From positions 1 through 64,000 of IMG/VR virus record IMGVR_UViG_3300007540_000013: DNA of 64,000 bases; one strand, written 5' to 3'. Origin of the DNA: a virus. Made by a program: the position numbers and the translations under genes. Under the pieces are notes generated by a model. It was not told the DNA's origin. It saw only the letters and a list, made by a program, of their open reading frames with translations, and did not search any database. Positions 1-8,681 of the stretch are shown in pieces (the stretch's first letter is position 1; the number at the start of each line of letters is the position of its first letter).

Positions 1-620
1 TGTACTGATACATCATCATTAAATTACAACCCATTAGCTAATACTGATAATGGTAGCTGTATAGCTAAAGTATTTGGTTGTATGAACCCACAATCATTAA
101 ACTTTAACCCATTAGCAAATGTAAACGATGGTTCGTGTATCGCTAGAATTTATGGATGTACTGACTCAACCTCATTTAATTATAATCCATTAGCTAACAC
201 TGATGATAGTTCATGTGTACCAATTGTTTATGGGTGTACAAATCCAACTTCTAAAAACTATAACCCATTAGCTAATACAGATGATGGTAGTTGTATTCCT
301 TACATTTACGGTTGTACAGATTCAACATCATTCAACTATAATCCTTTAGCAAATACTGATAACGGTACGTGTATCCCTAAGATTTATGGTTGTACTGATC
401 CTACAGCATTCAATTACAATCCAAATGCTAATACTGAAGACTTCAGTTGTGTACCAATTGTATACGGATGTACAGATTCAACCTCTGTAAACTATGACCC
501 ATTAGCTAATACTGATAATGGAACGTGTATTACAGCAGTTTATGGTTGTACTGATCCAAATGCTTACAATTACAATCCTAATGCTAATGTTTCAGATACT
601 ACAGCTTGTGTATACGATGC
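1..620 (+). repeat. 75-bp (25-codon) imperfect intragenic tandem repeats, ~8 units visible
   Basis: Recurring ggttgtac..gat/aactataa.ccattagc.aatactgat units at 75-bp period. Confidence 0.9.
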
Positions 621-1011
621 TGGTTGTATAGATGGTCCTGGTAACCCATATTGGTTAAACGATCCATGTTATGCTTGGGTAATTGATGTAGACGAATATT
701 GCTGTACTAACTCATGGGACCCAGATTGTCAAGCACTATATAACTATTGTGCTACTCAAAGTGGAACATTAGATTTTGAAGAGTTTACTTTCGATCACAT
801 TGTAGTATTCCCGAACCCTACTACAGGTAAGCTAAACATCAAAACCAATTTAGATGTTACTTACACACTATATGACTTTACAGGCAGAGAAGTAATCAAA
901 GACTCTACTGATGACGTAATAGATATTACAACATTACCTAACGGAGTGTATTTCTTATCTATTAGACACCACGATAAAGTATTCAATAAGAGAATTGTAA
1001 AAGAAGACTAA
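1..1011 (+). CDS. Cys-rich tandem-repeat protein with C-terminal T9SS type A sorting domain (5'-truncated by window)
   Basis: Frame is open from base 1. Carries ~25-aa repeats GCTDxxxxNYNPLANTDxGxC. C-terminus VFPNPTTGKLNI...LPNGVYFLSI...KRIVKED matches the Bacteroidota Por/T9SS CTD. Confidence 0.85.
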   Translation, partial: CTDTSSLNYNPLANTDNGSCIAKVFGCMNPQSLNFNPLANVNDGSCIARIYGCTDSTSFNYNPLANTDDSSCVPIVYGCTNPTSKNYNPLANTDDGSCIPYIYGCTDSTSFNYNPLANTDNGTCIPKIYGCTDPTAFNYNPNANTEDFSCVPIVYGCTDSTSVNYDPLANTDNGTCITAVYGCTDPNAYNYNPNANVSDTTACVYDAGCIDGPGNPYWLNDPCYAWVIDVDEYCCTNSWDPDCQALYNYCATQSGTLDFEEFTFDHIVVFPNPTTGKLNIKTNLDVTYTLYDFTGREVIKDSTDDVIDITTLPNGVYFLSIRHHDKVFNKRIVKED

Positions 1012-1012
1012 G

Positions 1013-2068
1013 ATGAAAAAGTTACTGTTATTACTATTAATTCCGTTTTCGGTAAGTGGACAAATAAATGTAAAGGATCAAATCAAGAAGACTCTTAAGT
1101 TCTCTACATTCTATGCTGCTTACAACGGTAACAACTCTCTATCGGATGTTATCAATTATTCAGTTACAGATGGGTTGACAACCTCAACCACTGAAACACC
1201 TTACGATTACTCAGCAGTATTTGGTATTAGAAAGATTCAGAGATTTGGATATGAGCCAAATATTCAGAATAGATTTAAGAATGGTACTGAGAATTCATTC
1301 TCTGATGCAGCTACTATCGGGAGTAAATCTAAAGGGTTTGAGTACTTGTTTGAGTTTGATTACAGGAGACAGCAAGGTAGTGAGTTCTTAAATCAAGATC
1401 ACTTTGTAAGATACATTGCAGATAATTACGTACTGAAGGTAGAGTACTTAGAAGACGGCTTTGCTGATATCGGTTACTTTGAATCATCAGAAAGATTAAG
1501 ACATAAGTTCAATAGAAAGTTCTCTATTAATATGGGAACAATGCAGCGTATATCTGAACCCTACGGCTTTGATCCTTTTGAAGATAGGTTAAGAGAAGAC
1601 GGAAGTATTCCTTGGATGAAGATTGCTACTGAGATGGGATACAATTGGAACACATTAGGTCTAGGAAGTGTATATTCTAACTCCGATGGTGAGATAGTGG
1701 CTAACAGTACTGACGTATTCAAAGAAGTTATAGTACCTCAAATCTTATCCGACTACGCTAACATTCAGAGGAACGCTCTTCCTAACAAATGGGAGCATTC
1801 TTTAGTAATGGGATTTGATTATTACCATTACTCAAAAGACTTCTGGTTACACTCTTGGGCTAACTTACTACCTTACCATATTGACATCGATAACGAGTAC
1901 AGTTACCACAAGTTCCACGGTGGACAGTGGTTAGATTATTCGGGTGGTTTAATATTTGGATATCGTTTTAATCGTTCGTTAGGTGTGTTTACTGAGGGCA
2001 GGTACCATAAGTACTGGAATAGAACTTGGTATGAATTTTCAACTGGTATTAATTATATTATATTGTAA
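1013..2068 (+). CDS. Secreted, probable outer-membrane beta-barrel protein
   Basis: Sec signal peptide MKKLLLLLLIPFSVSG; alternating aromatic/hydrophobic strands; C-terminal FSTGINYIIL resembles a beta-signal. Confidence 0.55.
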   Translation: MKKLLLLLLIPFSVSGQINVKDQIKKTLKFSTFYAAYNGNNSLSDVINYSVTDGLTTSTTETPYDYSAVFGIRKIQRFGYEPNIQNRFKNGTENSFSDAATIGSKSKGFEYLFEFDYRRQQGSEFLNQDHFVRYIADNYVLKVEYLEDGFADIGYFESSERLRHKFNRKFSINMGTMQRISEPYGFDPFEDRLREDGSIPWMKIATEMGYNWNTLGLGSVYSNSDGEIVANSTDVFKEVIVPQILSDYANIQRNALPNKWEHSLVMGFDYYHYSKDFWLHSWANLLPYHIDIDNEYSYHKFHGGQWLDYSGGLIFGYRFNRSLGVFTEGRYHKYWNRTWYEFSTGINYIIL

Positions 2069-2072
2069 GGTT

Positions 2073-2306
2073 ATGAAGTACATAAAAGACAACATAGGAA
2101 CAGTGTTACTGGCTATTATATTAGTACTTCATATAGTATTTATACATGTGAAGATATCAAATGTAGAGTCTAAAATTCCATCCGACTATGTACCTCGAAT
2201 TGAATACGATTTGAAAGACCAGATGATTAGACAGACATTACACAACATACAAGTGGAAGTAGAATCACTTGAAAGAAAACTTAACAAAATAGAAGAGATA
2301 AGATAA
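2073..2306 (+). CDS. Single-TM coiled-coil protein (paralog of next gene)
   Basis: Start moved to aaggttATG at 2073; TM then RIEYDLKDQMIR. Confidence 0.7.
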   Translation: MKYIKDNIGTVLLAIILVLHIVFIHVKISNVESKIPSDYVPRIEYDLKDQMIRQTLHNIQVEVESLERKLNKIEEIR

Positions 2307-2309
2307 GTT

Positions 2310-2594
2310 ATGGCTCAGAAGATAGATGAAGGTACTCAGATTACCTTAGATTTAAAAACAATAGGAATTATTTTATTCTTTGTAGCTACAGTTGTTGGTA
2401 TGTGGTTTTCACTCCAAGCTTCGATTGATGAAGCAAAAGAATTACCAATTCCACCTGACCCAGAAGTTACACGGATGGAGTTTGATATGAAAGACCAGAT
2501 GATTCGTAATACTATTCTTAATACCCAAGGTGATGTTACTGAGATAAAGGAAGACATGAAACGTATTGAAGAAAAAATAGATGGGTTAAGGTAA
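2310..2594 (+). CDS. Single-TM coiled-coil protein
   Basis: TM then RMEFDMKDQMIR. Confidence 0.75.
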   Translation: MAQKIDEGTQITLDLKTIGIILFFVATVVGMWFSLQASIDEAKELPIPPDPEVTRMEFDMKDQMIRNTILNTQGDVTEIKEDMKRIEEKIDGLR

Positions 2595-2595
2595 T

Positions 2596-2925
2596 ATGAA
2601 AAAATTTTTAATTTTAATATCGCTATTACTACTCAGTACTCTATCTAGAGCTCAGGTAAGAATCGTACATTTCAACGCAGGTTGGAACGCCACCCACGAT
2701 GTTGAGTGGGTAGAAGATCTCTCAGACTGTGAAGTAGAATTTGTTGATATCGCAAAGAAACCTAAGTTACAATCCAAATACTCTATTGTTGTAGTACCTA
2801 CAATTATAATACTACAGTACGATGAAGAAAAGAAAAGGTATCAGGCTGACTTAAGCTTTAAGTTAACAGCTACTAAAGAAGAGGTCCAAGAGTATATTGA
2901 TGAATTAATCCTTAGCGGATTCTAG
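2596..2925 (+). CDS. Secreted thioredoxin-fold protein lacking CxxC
   Basis: Signal peptide; VHFNAGWN...VDI...YSIVVVPTII Trx-like pattern. Confidence 0.6.
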   Translation: MKKFLILISLLLLSTLSRAQVRIVHFNAGWNATHDVEWVEDLSDCEVEFVDIAKKPKLQSKYSIVVVPTIIILQYDEEKKRYQADLSFKLTATKEEVQEYIDELILSGF

Positions 2926-2935
2926 AAGACTCTTC

Positions 2936-2944
2936 CTATTTATA
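2936..2944 (+). promoter_or_regulatory. Putative late promoter CTATTTATA upstream of lysis genes
   Basis: Same motif precedes several structural/late operons. Confidence 0.55.
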
Positions 2945-2974
2945 CGTAAAGAAGTTTCACTAAATTGTTTTAAT

Positions 2975-3229
2975 ATGTTTAAGTATCTTAATAAACAAAT
3001 TATGGCGTTCAAGGATATGTTCAGAGACAATAATAATGTCAACGAAAAAAACGTAATAGGCTTCTTATCATTTGCAGTAATGGTTGTTTTCGCAGCAGCT
3101 GATCTTATCACAGGTTACTTAGGAAAAGATTTAGTAGTACAGGAATTTATTTATAACTCTTTTGTGTTTATCACATTAGGTTGTTTCGGTATTGCTGGGT
3201 TAGAAAAGTTTGCAGGAAAAAAAGAATAA
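2975..3229 (+). CDS. Two-TM small membrane protein, holin-like (start may be 3002)
   Basis: Two hydrophobic helices, basic C-terminus, next to endolysin. Confidence 0.55.
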   Translation: MFKYLNKQIMAFKDMFRDNNNVNEKNVIGFLSFAVMVVFAAADLITGYLGKDLVVQEFIYNSFVFITLGCFGIAGLEKFAGKKE

Positions 3230-3235
3230 TAAATT

Positions 3236-3847
3236 ATGTGTTATACTAGAGAACAAATTGAAGAAGCAGTAAAAGCAAAAAGGTACAAATGGTTTACCTC
3301 AGACAACTACGATGTTAATATTGTAGGAGTTAGAAATGCTGATACAAACGGAGAGGTAACAAATAAGTTTGATGACTGTGTTACTCTTTCATACAAAGAC
3401 GAAGCGGGTAAATGGCACTTCCATTGCTTTGATGCTACTACTGACCCAGGTTCACATTGGACTGAGAAGCAGCTCTTGAATAAAAACGGAGTAGCGATAC
3501 TAAAAGAAGGTCAGTATAGAGGTTCTCATATGATTGGCTTACATCAAGGTAAGTACGAAGCTTTAAGACAAAAGAAACCTTTAAAGGTATACAGAGACGG
3601 AAATCAAGACGATACTTACGACCTCATCGAAGAGAACGTACACGAAGGTATCTACGGTATTAATATTCACAGAGCGACAGCCAGACCAGGAGGTAAATCA
3701 GTACAGGTAGACAAATGGTCAGCAGGATGTCAGGTTATTGCTGCAAGCGACGATTTTAAGTTATTCATGGAAGTTGTGAACAAAGCCGCCAAAGTATGGG
3801 GCAATTCATTTACGTATACGTTGATTAACTCAAATGATGTTGCGTAA
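3236..3847 (+). CDS. Putative endolysin, L,D-transpeptidase(YkuD)-like Cys/His peptidase
   Basis: GINIHRA...WSAGCQV His/Cys motif; flanked by holin-like genes. Confidence 0.6.
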   Translation: MCYTREQIEEAVKAKRYKWFTSDNYDVNIVGVRNADTNGEVTNKFDDCVTLSYKDEAGKWHFHCFDATTDPGSHWTEKQLLNKNGVAILKEGQYRGSHMIGLHQGKYEALRQKKPLKVYRDGNQDDTYDLIEENVHEGIYGINIHRATARPGGKSVQVDKWSAGCQVIAASDDFKLFMEVVNKAAKVWGNSFTYTLINSNDVA

Positions 3848-4266
3848 TGAAATCTAACACCTTCTTTTTAGCAGCAGCAGTCTCAACCACTATGTCTTTT
3901 ATTTGCTCTTACTTTTTAGAGCTCTACATGGGTAATGCAGAGCAGTACTTAGCGTTGATCGCTATAGTCTTTGTAGACGGCTTCTTCGGCATTAGTGCTG
4001 GAATAAAAAGAGAAGGATTTCAGACTAGAAAAGCTTTAAAAGTTCTCCAGAGAGCCTTAACCTGGATAATCTTTTTGACAGTTATACTAATGGTTGAGAA
4101 AGGTTTTGCAGGAACTAGTTGGCTATCTGAAACAATTATCGTACCTTTCATAGTATTGCAATTAATAAGCGCCCTTAAAAATGCATCTATGGCAGGTTTT
4201 ATCAAAGCAGAAGAACTTAATAGACTCTTAGATCGAATAGACAATCACAAGGGCAACAGAAAGTAA
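3847..4266 (+). CDS. Phage holin family protein
   Basis: 3-4 TM helices; VDGFFGISAGIK...ISALKNA pattern of Phage_holin_4-like proteins. Confidence 0.65.
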   Translation: MKSNTFFLAAAVSTTMSFICSYFLELYMGNAEQYLALIAIVFVDGFFGISAGIKREGFQTRKALKVLQRALTWIIFLTVILMVEKGFAGTSWLSETIIVPFIVLQLISALKNASMAGFIKAEELNRLLDRIDNHKGNRK

Positions 4267-4273
4267 ACGCCTT

Positions 4274-5377
4274 ATGTGGAAGAAGATTCAAGAGAGGATT
4301 CTCCCTTTCTTTATAGCACTATCAGCACTATCGGTATCAGCCTCAGCAGCTTTCTATTCAGTGAGCGGTTTATCTAAATTATTTGCCGGAGCATCTTTAG
4401 AAGTAATTATTATGGCTAGCTCATTAGAGGTAGCTAAATTAGTTATTGCTTCTCTTCTATATCAATACAGAAAGACTTTACCTAAATTGCTTAGGTACTA
4501 TCTAACCATAGCAGCAGTAGTGCTTATATTAATTACCTCAATGGGTATCTACGGCTTCCTATCAGCTGCTTATCAAGAGACAGCTAGTAAGGCTGGTAGC
4601 ATAGAAGCTCAAATAACTTTATTAGAAACTAAAAGAGATAATTACACAGAGCAGTTAGTAGGGTATAGTCAAGAGAAAGAATCTCTCAATCAATCTATAT
4701 CGGATCTAAGAATGGGACTAGCAGGTAATAAGATTCAGTATAAAGACAGAGAGACAGGTCAGATTATAACTACTACCTCGTCGTCTAATAGGAGATCATT
4801 TGAGAGACAATTAGATCAAGCTTTAGAAAGACAAGACGTACTAAACGAAAGGATCGACGAGGTAAACCAGTCTATCTTTGATTTAGAAACAGAGATAGTA
4901 GAAGTGCAAACTAACGACGAATTAGCTGGAGAGCTAGGTCCGTTAAAGTATTTATCAGGACTAACTGGCATCCCAATGGATAGAATCATAAATTACTTAT
5001 TGTTAGTAATCATATTTGTATTTGATCCCTTAGCAATCGCTCTAGTAGTAGCAGCTAATTATGCTTTTGAAAGATTAAAACCTAAAGAAAACATCTACGG
5101 AGAAAAGTTTATAGATGGAGAGCTATACGAAGAAAAGCCTAATGATGCGCTAATCAAAGCAGCTGAGAGATATAAAAAAACTTTAAAAAAAGATGACTGG
5201 ACAGTTGTCGATGAAGAAGAATTTCGCGATCTTAATAGAGATGGAATCATCGATGAAGATGAATCGACCATCCTCAAAGTACTAGAGGAGACTGGTAGAC
5301 AGTACAAGGTGCTGTACAGAGACGGTAATATTCGTTGGGTAGATAAACCTGATGAATCTAATAGAAAAGTTTACTAA
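4274..5377 (+). CDS. Multi-TM protein with long coiled coil
   Basis: Three N-terminal TMs, coiled coil, ELGPLKY...IIFVFDPLAI TM; EF-hand-like DLNRDGIID near the C-terminus. Confidence 0.7.
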   Translation: MWKKIQERILPFFIALSALSVSASAAFYSVSGLSKLFAGASLEVIIMASSLEVAKLVIASLLYQYRKTLPKLLRYYLTIAAVVLILITSMGIYGFLSAAYQETASKAGSIEAQITLLETKRDNYTEQLVGYSQEKESLNQSISDLRMGLAGNKIQYKDRETGQIITTTSSSNRRSFERQLDQALERQDVLNERIDEVNQSIFDLETEIVEVQTNDELAGELGPLKYLSGLTGIPMDRIINYLLLVIIFVFDPLAIALVVAANYAFERLKPKENIYGEKFIDGELYEEKPNDALIKAAERYKKTLKKDDWTVVDEEEFRDLNRDGIIDEDESTILKVLEETGRQYKVLYRDGNIRWVDKPDESNRKVY

Positions 5378-5380
5378 AGG

Positions 5381-5411
5381 TTGTATACTATTAATTTTTT
5401 TCGTATATTGT
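5381..5411 (+). promoter_or_regulatory. Bacteroidota-type sigma70 promoter TTG-N20-TATATTG
   Basis: Exact spacing shared with >20 other copies. Confidence 0.65.
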
Positions 5412-5415
5412 AGTT

Positions 5416-5709
5416 ATGTTTAATATTTTAGAAGTAGTTACAGGTTTATTTATTTTCGCTTTGATACTAGCACCAATAGTATTGAATGCTATTATTATAT
5501 TTAAACTACCAACTAGAAGTAGAGAGCCTAGAGTATCTCCTGAGCATATTGCTCAATTAGAGCAAAACGATAATATCATTGTAGAGGATATTAATAATGC
5601 CCTTACTGAGATTGTTACTCGCTTAGAAGCTATTGAAGAGAGATTAGACAGAGAAGATCAGACTGTAAAAGGTTTTGCAAAGAAAGGTAAACAACAATTA
5701 AACGATTAA
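5416..5709 (+). CDS. Hypothetical TM/coiled-coil protein
   Basis: ORF downstream of promoter. Confidence 0.7.
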   Translation: MFNILEVVTGLFIFALILAPIVLNAIIIFKLPTRSREPRVSPEHIAQLEQNDNIIVEDINNALTEIVTRLEAIEERLDREDQTVKGFAKKGKQQLND

Positions 5710-5715
5710 TAAGTT

Positions 5716-6075
5716 ATGTCAGAAGATACTGTGAAGTATGGACTACCTGCTACCGAAATACTTAAGGAAGAGTATCCTACTATTTACGCTGGTTATATGG
5801 ATATCATGGAAGAGCAGCTGGAGTTATTTAGTAAAAAGCATCTTGACTATGGTATGCATAACATCACTGCTGGTACTAGCCTTGCTAATGAAGAGGAAAG
5901 GTCTTTTGCTCTCACAGGATTATGGTATAGGATGAGCGATAAGATCAATCGCTGGAAGAACTTGATCATTAATAACAGAGGTGTTAATAACGAACCTCTA
6001 TCAGATACCTTTCAAGACATCTGCAACTATGCTATCATTTGTCAGCTAGTTGAGAAAGATCAATGGAAGAAATAA
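5716..6075 (+). CDS. Nucleotide modification associated domain 1 (DUF1599/Nmad1-like)
   Basis: KHLDYG..NI, RMSDKINR, EPLSDTFQDICNYAII. Confidence 0.75.
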   Translation: MSEDTVKYGLPATEILKEEYPTIYAGYMDIMEEQLELFSKKHLDYGMHNITAGTSLANEEERSFALTGLWYRMSDKINRWKNLIINNRGVNNEPLSDTFQDICNYAIICQLVEKDQWKK

Positions 6076-6078
6076 GTT

Positions 6079-7017
6079 ATGGCTAAAAAGAAGCTACCTA
6101 AGCAGGTAAAGCTTGTACTAGAACATACACCACATCAGATTGATTATAGAAGAGAAAAGAATGTCTCCGCTAGTCAAATACTAATGTACGATGAATGTCC
6201 TCACAAGTGGAAGCTATCTAAGATAGATAAGCTACAAATATACACTCCTTCAGTACACACCGTCTTCGGTACTGCAATGCATGAAGTTATTCAGGACTGG
6301 TTACATATTATGTATAGTCAATCTGCTAAAGCTGCTAATGAAGTAAATCTTCGAGAGCAACTTAAGCTAAAGATGAGAGAGGTTTACGAGAAGGAGAGAA
6401 AGAAGACTAAGGAAATCTTCACTACTGCTGATGAACTTAACTCCTTCTTTCTAGATGGATTAGAAATATTAAGTTACTTACAGAAGAAAAGGTCATCTTA
6501 CTTCTCGTTAAAGAATACTTACTTAGCTGGAATAGAGACAGATATTGTTCAAGAGATAAGACCTAACGTTTACTTTAAAGGATATATTGATCTAGTCTTC
6601 TATAACAAGCTAGCTGATACGTATACTATTATCGATATCAAAACTTCTACTAGAGGTTGGAGTGATTACGAAAAGAAGAATGATGCAAAGATAGCTCAGA
6701 TACTTTTATATAAAGAGTTCTTTGCTAAACAATTCAATGTTAGTGTAGATCAGATTAATGTCGAATACTTTATACTTAGAAGGAAGATTAACGAAGACGC
6801 TGATTTTGTAGCACGTCGAGTGCAAGAATGGAGACCAGCTTCCGGAAAGGTAAAGAGAGGAAAGGCAGTTAAGTTACTTAACGATTTTGTTAATAATGCT
6901 TTCAAGAATGGAGATTATAATTTAGAAGGAGACTTTGCTCCTACTCCATCTAAGAGTGCATGTATGTTTTGTCCGTATAAAGAAGAAAAAAGTCTATGTT
7001 CTCATGCAATAACTTAG
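6079..7017 (+). CDS. PD-(D/E)XK nuclease, Cas4/AddB-like with Fe-S cysteines
   Basis: CPHKW, FGTAMHE, GYIDL, IDIKT, Q..LY, C-terminal CMFC...C. Confidence 0.85.
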   Translation: MAKKKLPKQVKLVLEHTPHQIDYRREKNVSASQILMYDECPHKWKLSKIDKLQIYTPSVHTVFGTAMHEVIQDWLHIMYSQSAKAANEVNLREQLKLKMREVYEKERKKTKEIFTTADELNSFFLDGLEILSYLQKKRSSYFSLKNTYLAGIETDIVQEIRPNVYFKGYIDLVFYNKLADTYTIIDIKTSTRGWSDYEKKNDAKIAQILLYKEFFAKQFNVSVDQINVEYFILRRKINEDADFVARRVQEWRPASGKVKRGKAVKLLNDFVNNAFKNGDYNLEGDFAPTPSKSACMFCPYKEEKSLCSHAIT

Positions 7018-7026
7018 ATCCGTATA

Positions 7027-7034
7027 TATTTATA
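7027..7034 (+). promoter_or_regulatory. Putative late promoter TATTTATA heading the glycan operon
   Basis: Motif in the short intergenic gap before 7057. Confidence 0.45.
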
Positions 7035-7056
7035 TGTATATATAATCTAATAGGCT

Positions 7057-7236
7057 ATGAGTAAAAAACTGACCAGCGTAAGAGTTGAGCAAGAGTTATT
7101 TGAAGATTTCAAGATCGAATGTGTTCGTTACAAATTTTCCTTTCAAAAGCTTGCCGATCGAGCAATTTTTTTCTATCTTACAGATGATAAGTTTAGAGAA
7201 AGAGTTCACAACTTGAATGACTTAAAGAGAAAGTAA
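7057..7236 (+). CDS. 59-aa ribbon-helix-helix-like protein (not in ORF track)
   Basis: MSKKLTSVRVEQELFEDFKIECVRYKFSFQKLADRAIFFYL...; stop abuts next ATG. Confidence 0.65.
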   Translation: MSKKLTSVRVEQELFEDFKIECVRYKFSFQKLADRAIFFYLTDDKFRERVHNLNDLKRK

Positions 7237-8679
7237 ATGAAGGAAAAATTTCGTTATGTTAAAAAAGAAGATCGAAAAAAGATTCTTCTGTTGTGTGATG
7301 ATATCCGAATGCATAGTGGTGTTGCTACTATGGCTAGAGAGATAGTTACAGGTACTGCACATCACTTTAATTGGGTAAACGTAGGAGGAGCTATTAAGCA
7401 CCCAGATCAAGGTAAGTTCTTCGACTTATCTACCGATGTTAATAAGCAGACAGGTATCGATGATGCTGATGTTAAACTATTTGCAGTTTCAGGATACGGA
7501 GACCAGAACCTAATCCGAGATATTATTAAGAGAGAAAAGCCTGACGCTATACTACTCTTCACCGACCCGAGGTATTGGACTTGGATGTTTGATATGGAGA
7601 GAGAAATTAGAAAGACTACTCCTATCTTTTACTTAAACATCTGGGATGACTACCCAACACCTTTATACAATAGAGCGTTCTATGAGAGCTGTGATCTTTT
7701 AATGTCAATTAGCAAGCAGACTAAGAATATTAACGAACTTGTATTAGGTAAAGCTGCTGAAGGAAAGACATTGACGTATGTACCTCACGGTATAAATGAA
7801 TTTCAATTCTATCCTATTCAAGATGATGAGCAATATAAGCAGTTAGAAGTTACTCGAGAGAGTATGTTTGAAGGAAAAGATATTGACTTTGTAGTCTTCT
7901 GGAACTCTAGAAACATTAGACGTAAATCACCAGGCGATGTTATTCTATCTTATAGACACTTTTGTGATTTAATCGGCAAAGAAGCAGCTAAGAAGTGTGC
8001 ATTAGTTATGCATACCCAGCCTGTAGATCAAAACGGTACTGACTTATACGCAGTAAGAGAAGCTATATGCGACCCGGAGTATGTAAATGTATTCTTTTCA
8101 TCTAACAAGCTTAATACTCAACAGATGAACTCTCTTTACAACATCGCAGATATAACGATGTTAATCTCTTCTAATGAAGGATGGGGATTATCTCTAACAG
8201 AAAGTATGATGGCAGGTACTCCTATTATTGCAAACGTAACAGGTGGTATGCAAGACCAGATGAGGTTTGTAGATGGTAACGGAGAGTGGTACACACCTTC
8301 TAAAGAGGTACCTTCCAACCACATGGGCACATATAAGGAGCATGGTAACTGGGCTAAGCCTGTCTTCCCTTCTAACATTTCTCTGGTAGGTTCAGTACCT
8401 ACTCCTTATATACATGACGACAGGTGCGACTTCAGAGAGGTAGCCGAAGCTATTAAATACTGGTATGACCAAGGAGAAGAAGGAAGAGCTAAAGCAGGTC
8501 AGTCAGCAAGAGATTGGGTCACATCAGACGAGTCAGGTATGTCTGCTAGAAGAATGTGTGAGAATGTTATTGAAAGTATGGATACAGCTTTTGATACTTT
8601 CATACCTCGCCCCAGCTATGATCTACAAAAAGTAGAAGATCTAGCACCTAAGTATGTTGAACACCCAATGGTATATTAG
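7237..8679 (+). CDS. Glycosyltransferase, GT4-like (GT-B)
   Basis: SGVATMAREI, RNIRRK, EGWGLSLTESMMAGTPII. Confidence 0.9.
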   Translation: MKEKFRYVKKEDRKKILLLCDDIRMHSGVATMAREIVTGTAHHFNWVNVGGAIKHPDQGKFFDLSTDVNKQTGIDDADVKLFAVSGYGDQNLIRDIIKREKPDAILLFTDPRYWTWMFDMEREIRKTTPIFYLNIWDDYPTPLYNRAFYESCDLLMSISKQTKNINELVLGKAAEGKTLTYVPHGINEFQFYPIQDDEQYKQLEVTRESMFEGKDIDFVVFWNSRNIRRKSPGDVILSYRHFCDLIGKEAAKKCALVMHTQPVDQNGTDLYAVREAICDPEYVNVFFSSNKLNTQQMNSLYNIADITMLISSNEGWGLSLTESMMAGTPIIANVTGGMQDQMRFVDGNGEWYTPSKEVPSNHMGTYKEHGNWAKPVFPSNISLVGSVPTPYIHDDRCDFREVAEAIKYWYDQGEEGRAKAGQSARDWVTSDESGMSARRMCENVIESMDTAFDTFIPRPSYDLQKVEDLAPKYVEHPMVY

Positions 8680-8681
8680 TA

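Noticed and set aside
1-620. Diversity-generating retroelement TR/VR repeats
   Set aside because: These are ordinary coding tandem repeats with mostly synonymous variation, and no reverse transcriptase is seen.
6079-7017. Cas4 as part of a CRISPR system
   Set aside because: Solo Cas4-like nucleases are common in phages; no array or cas1/cas2 is nearby.
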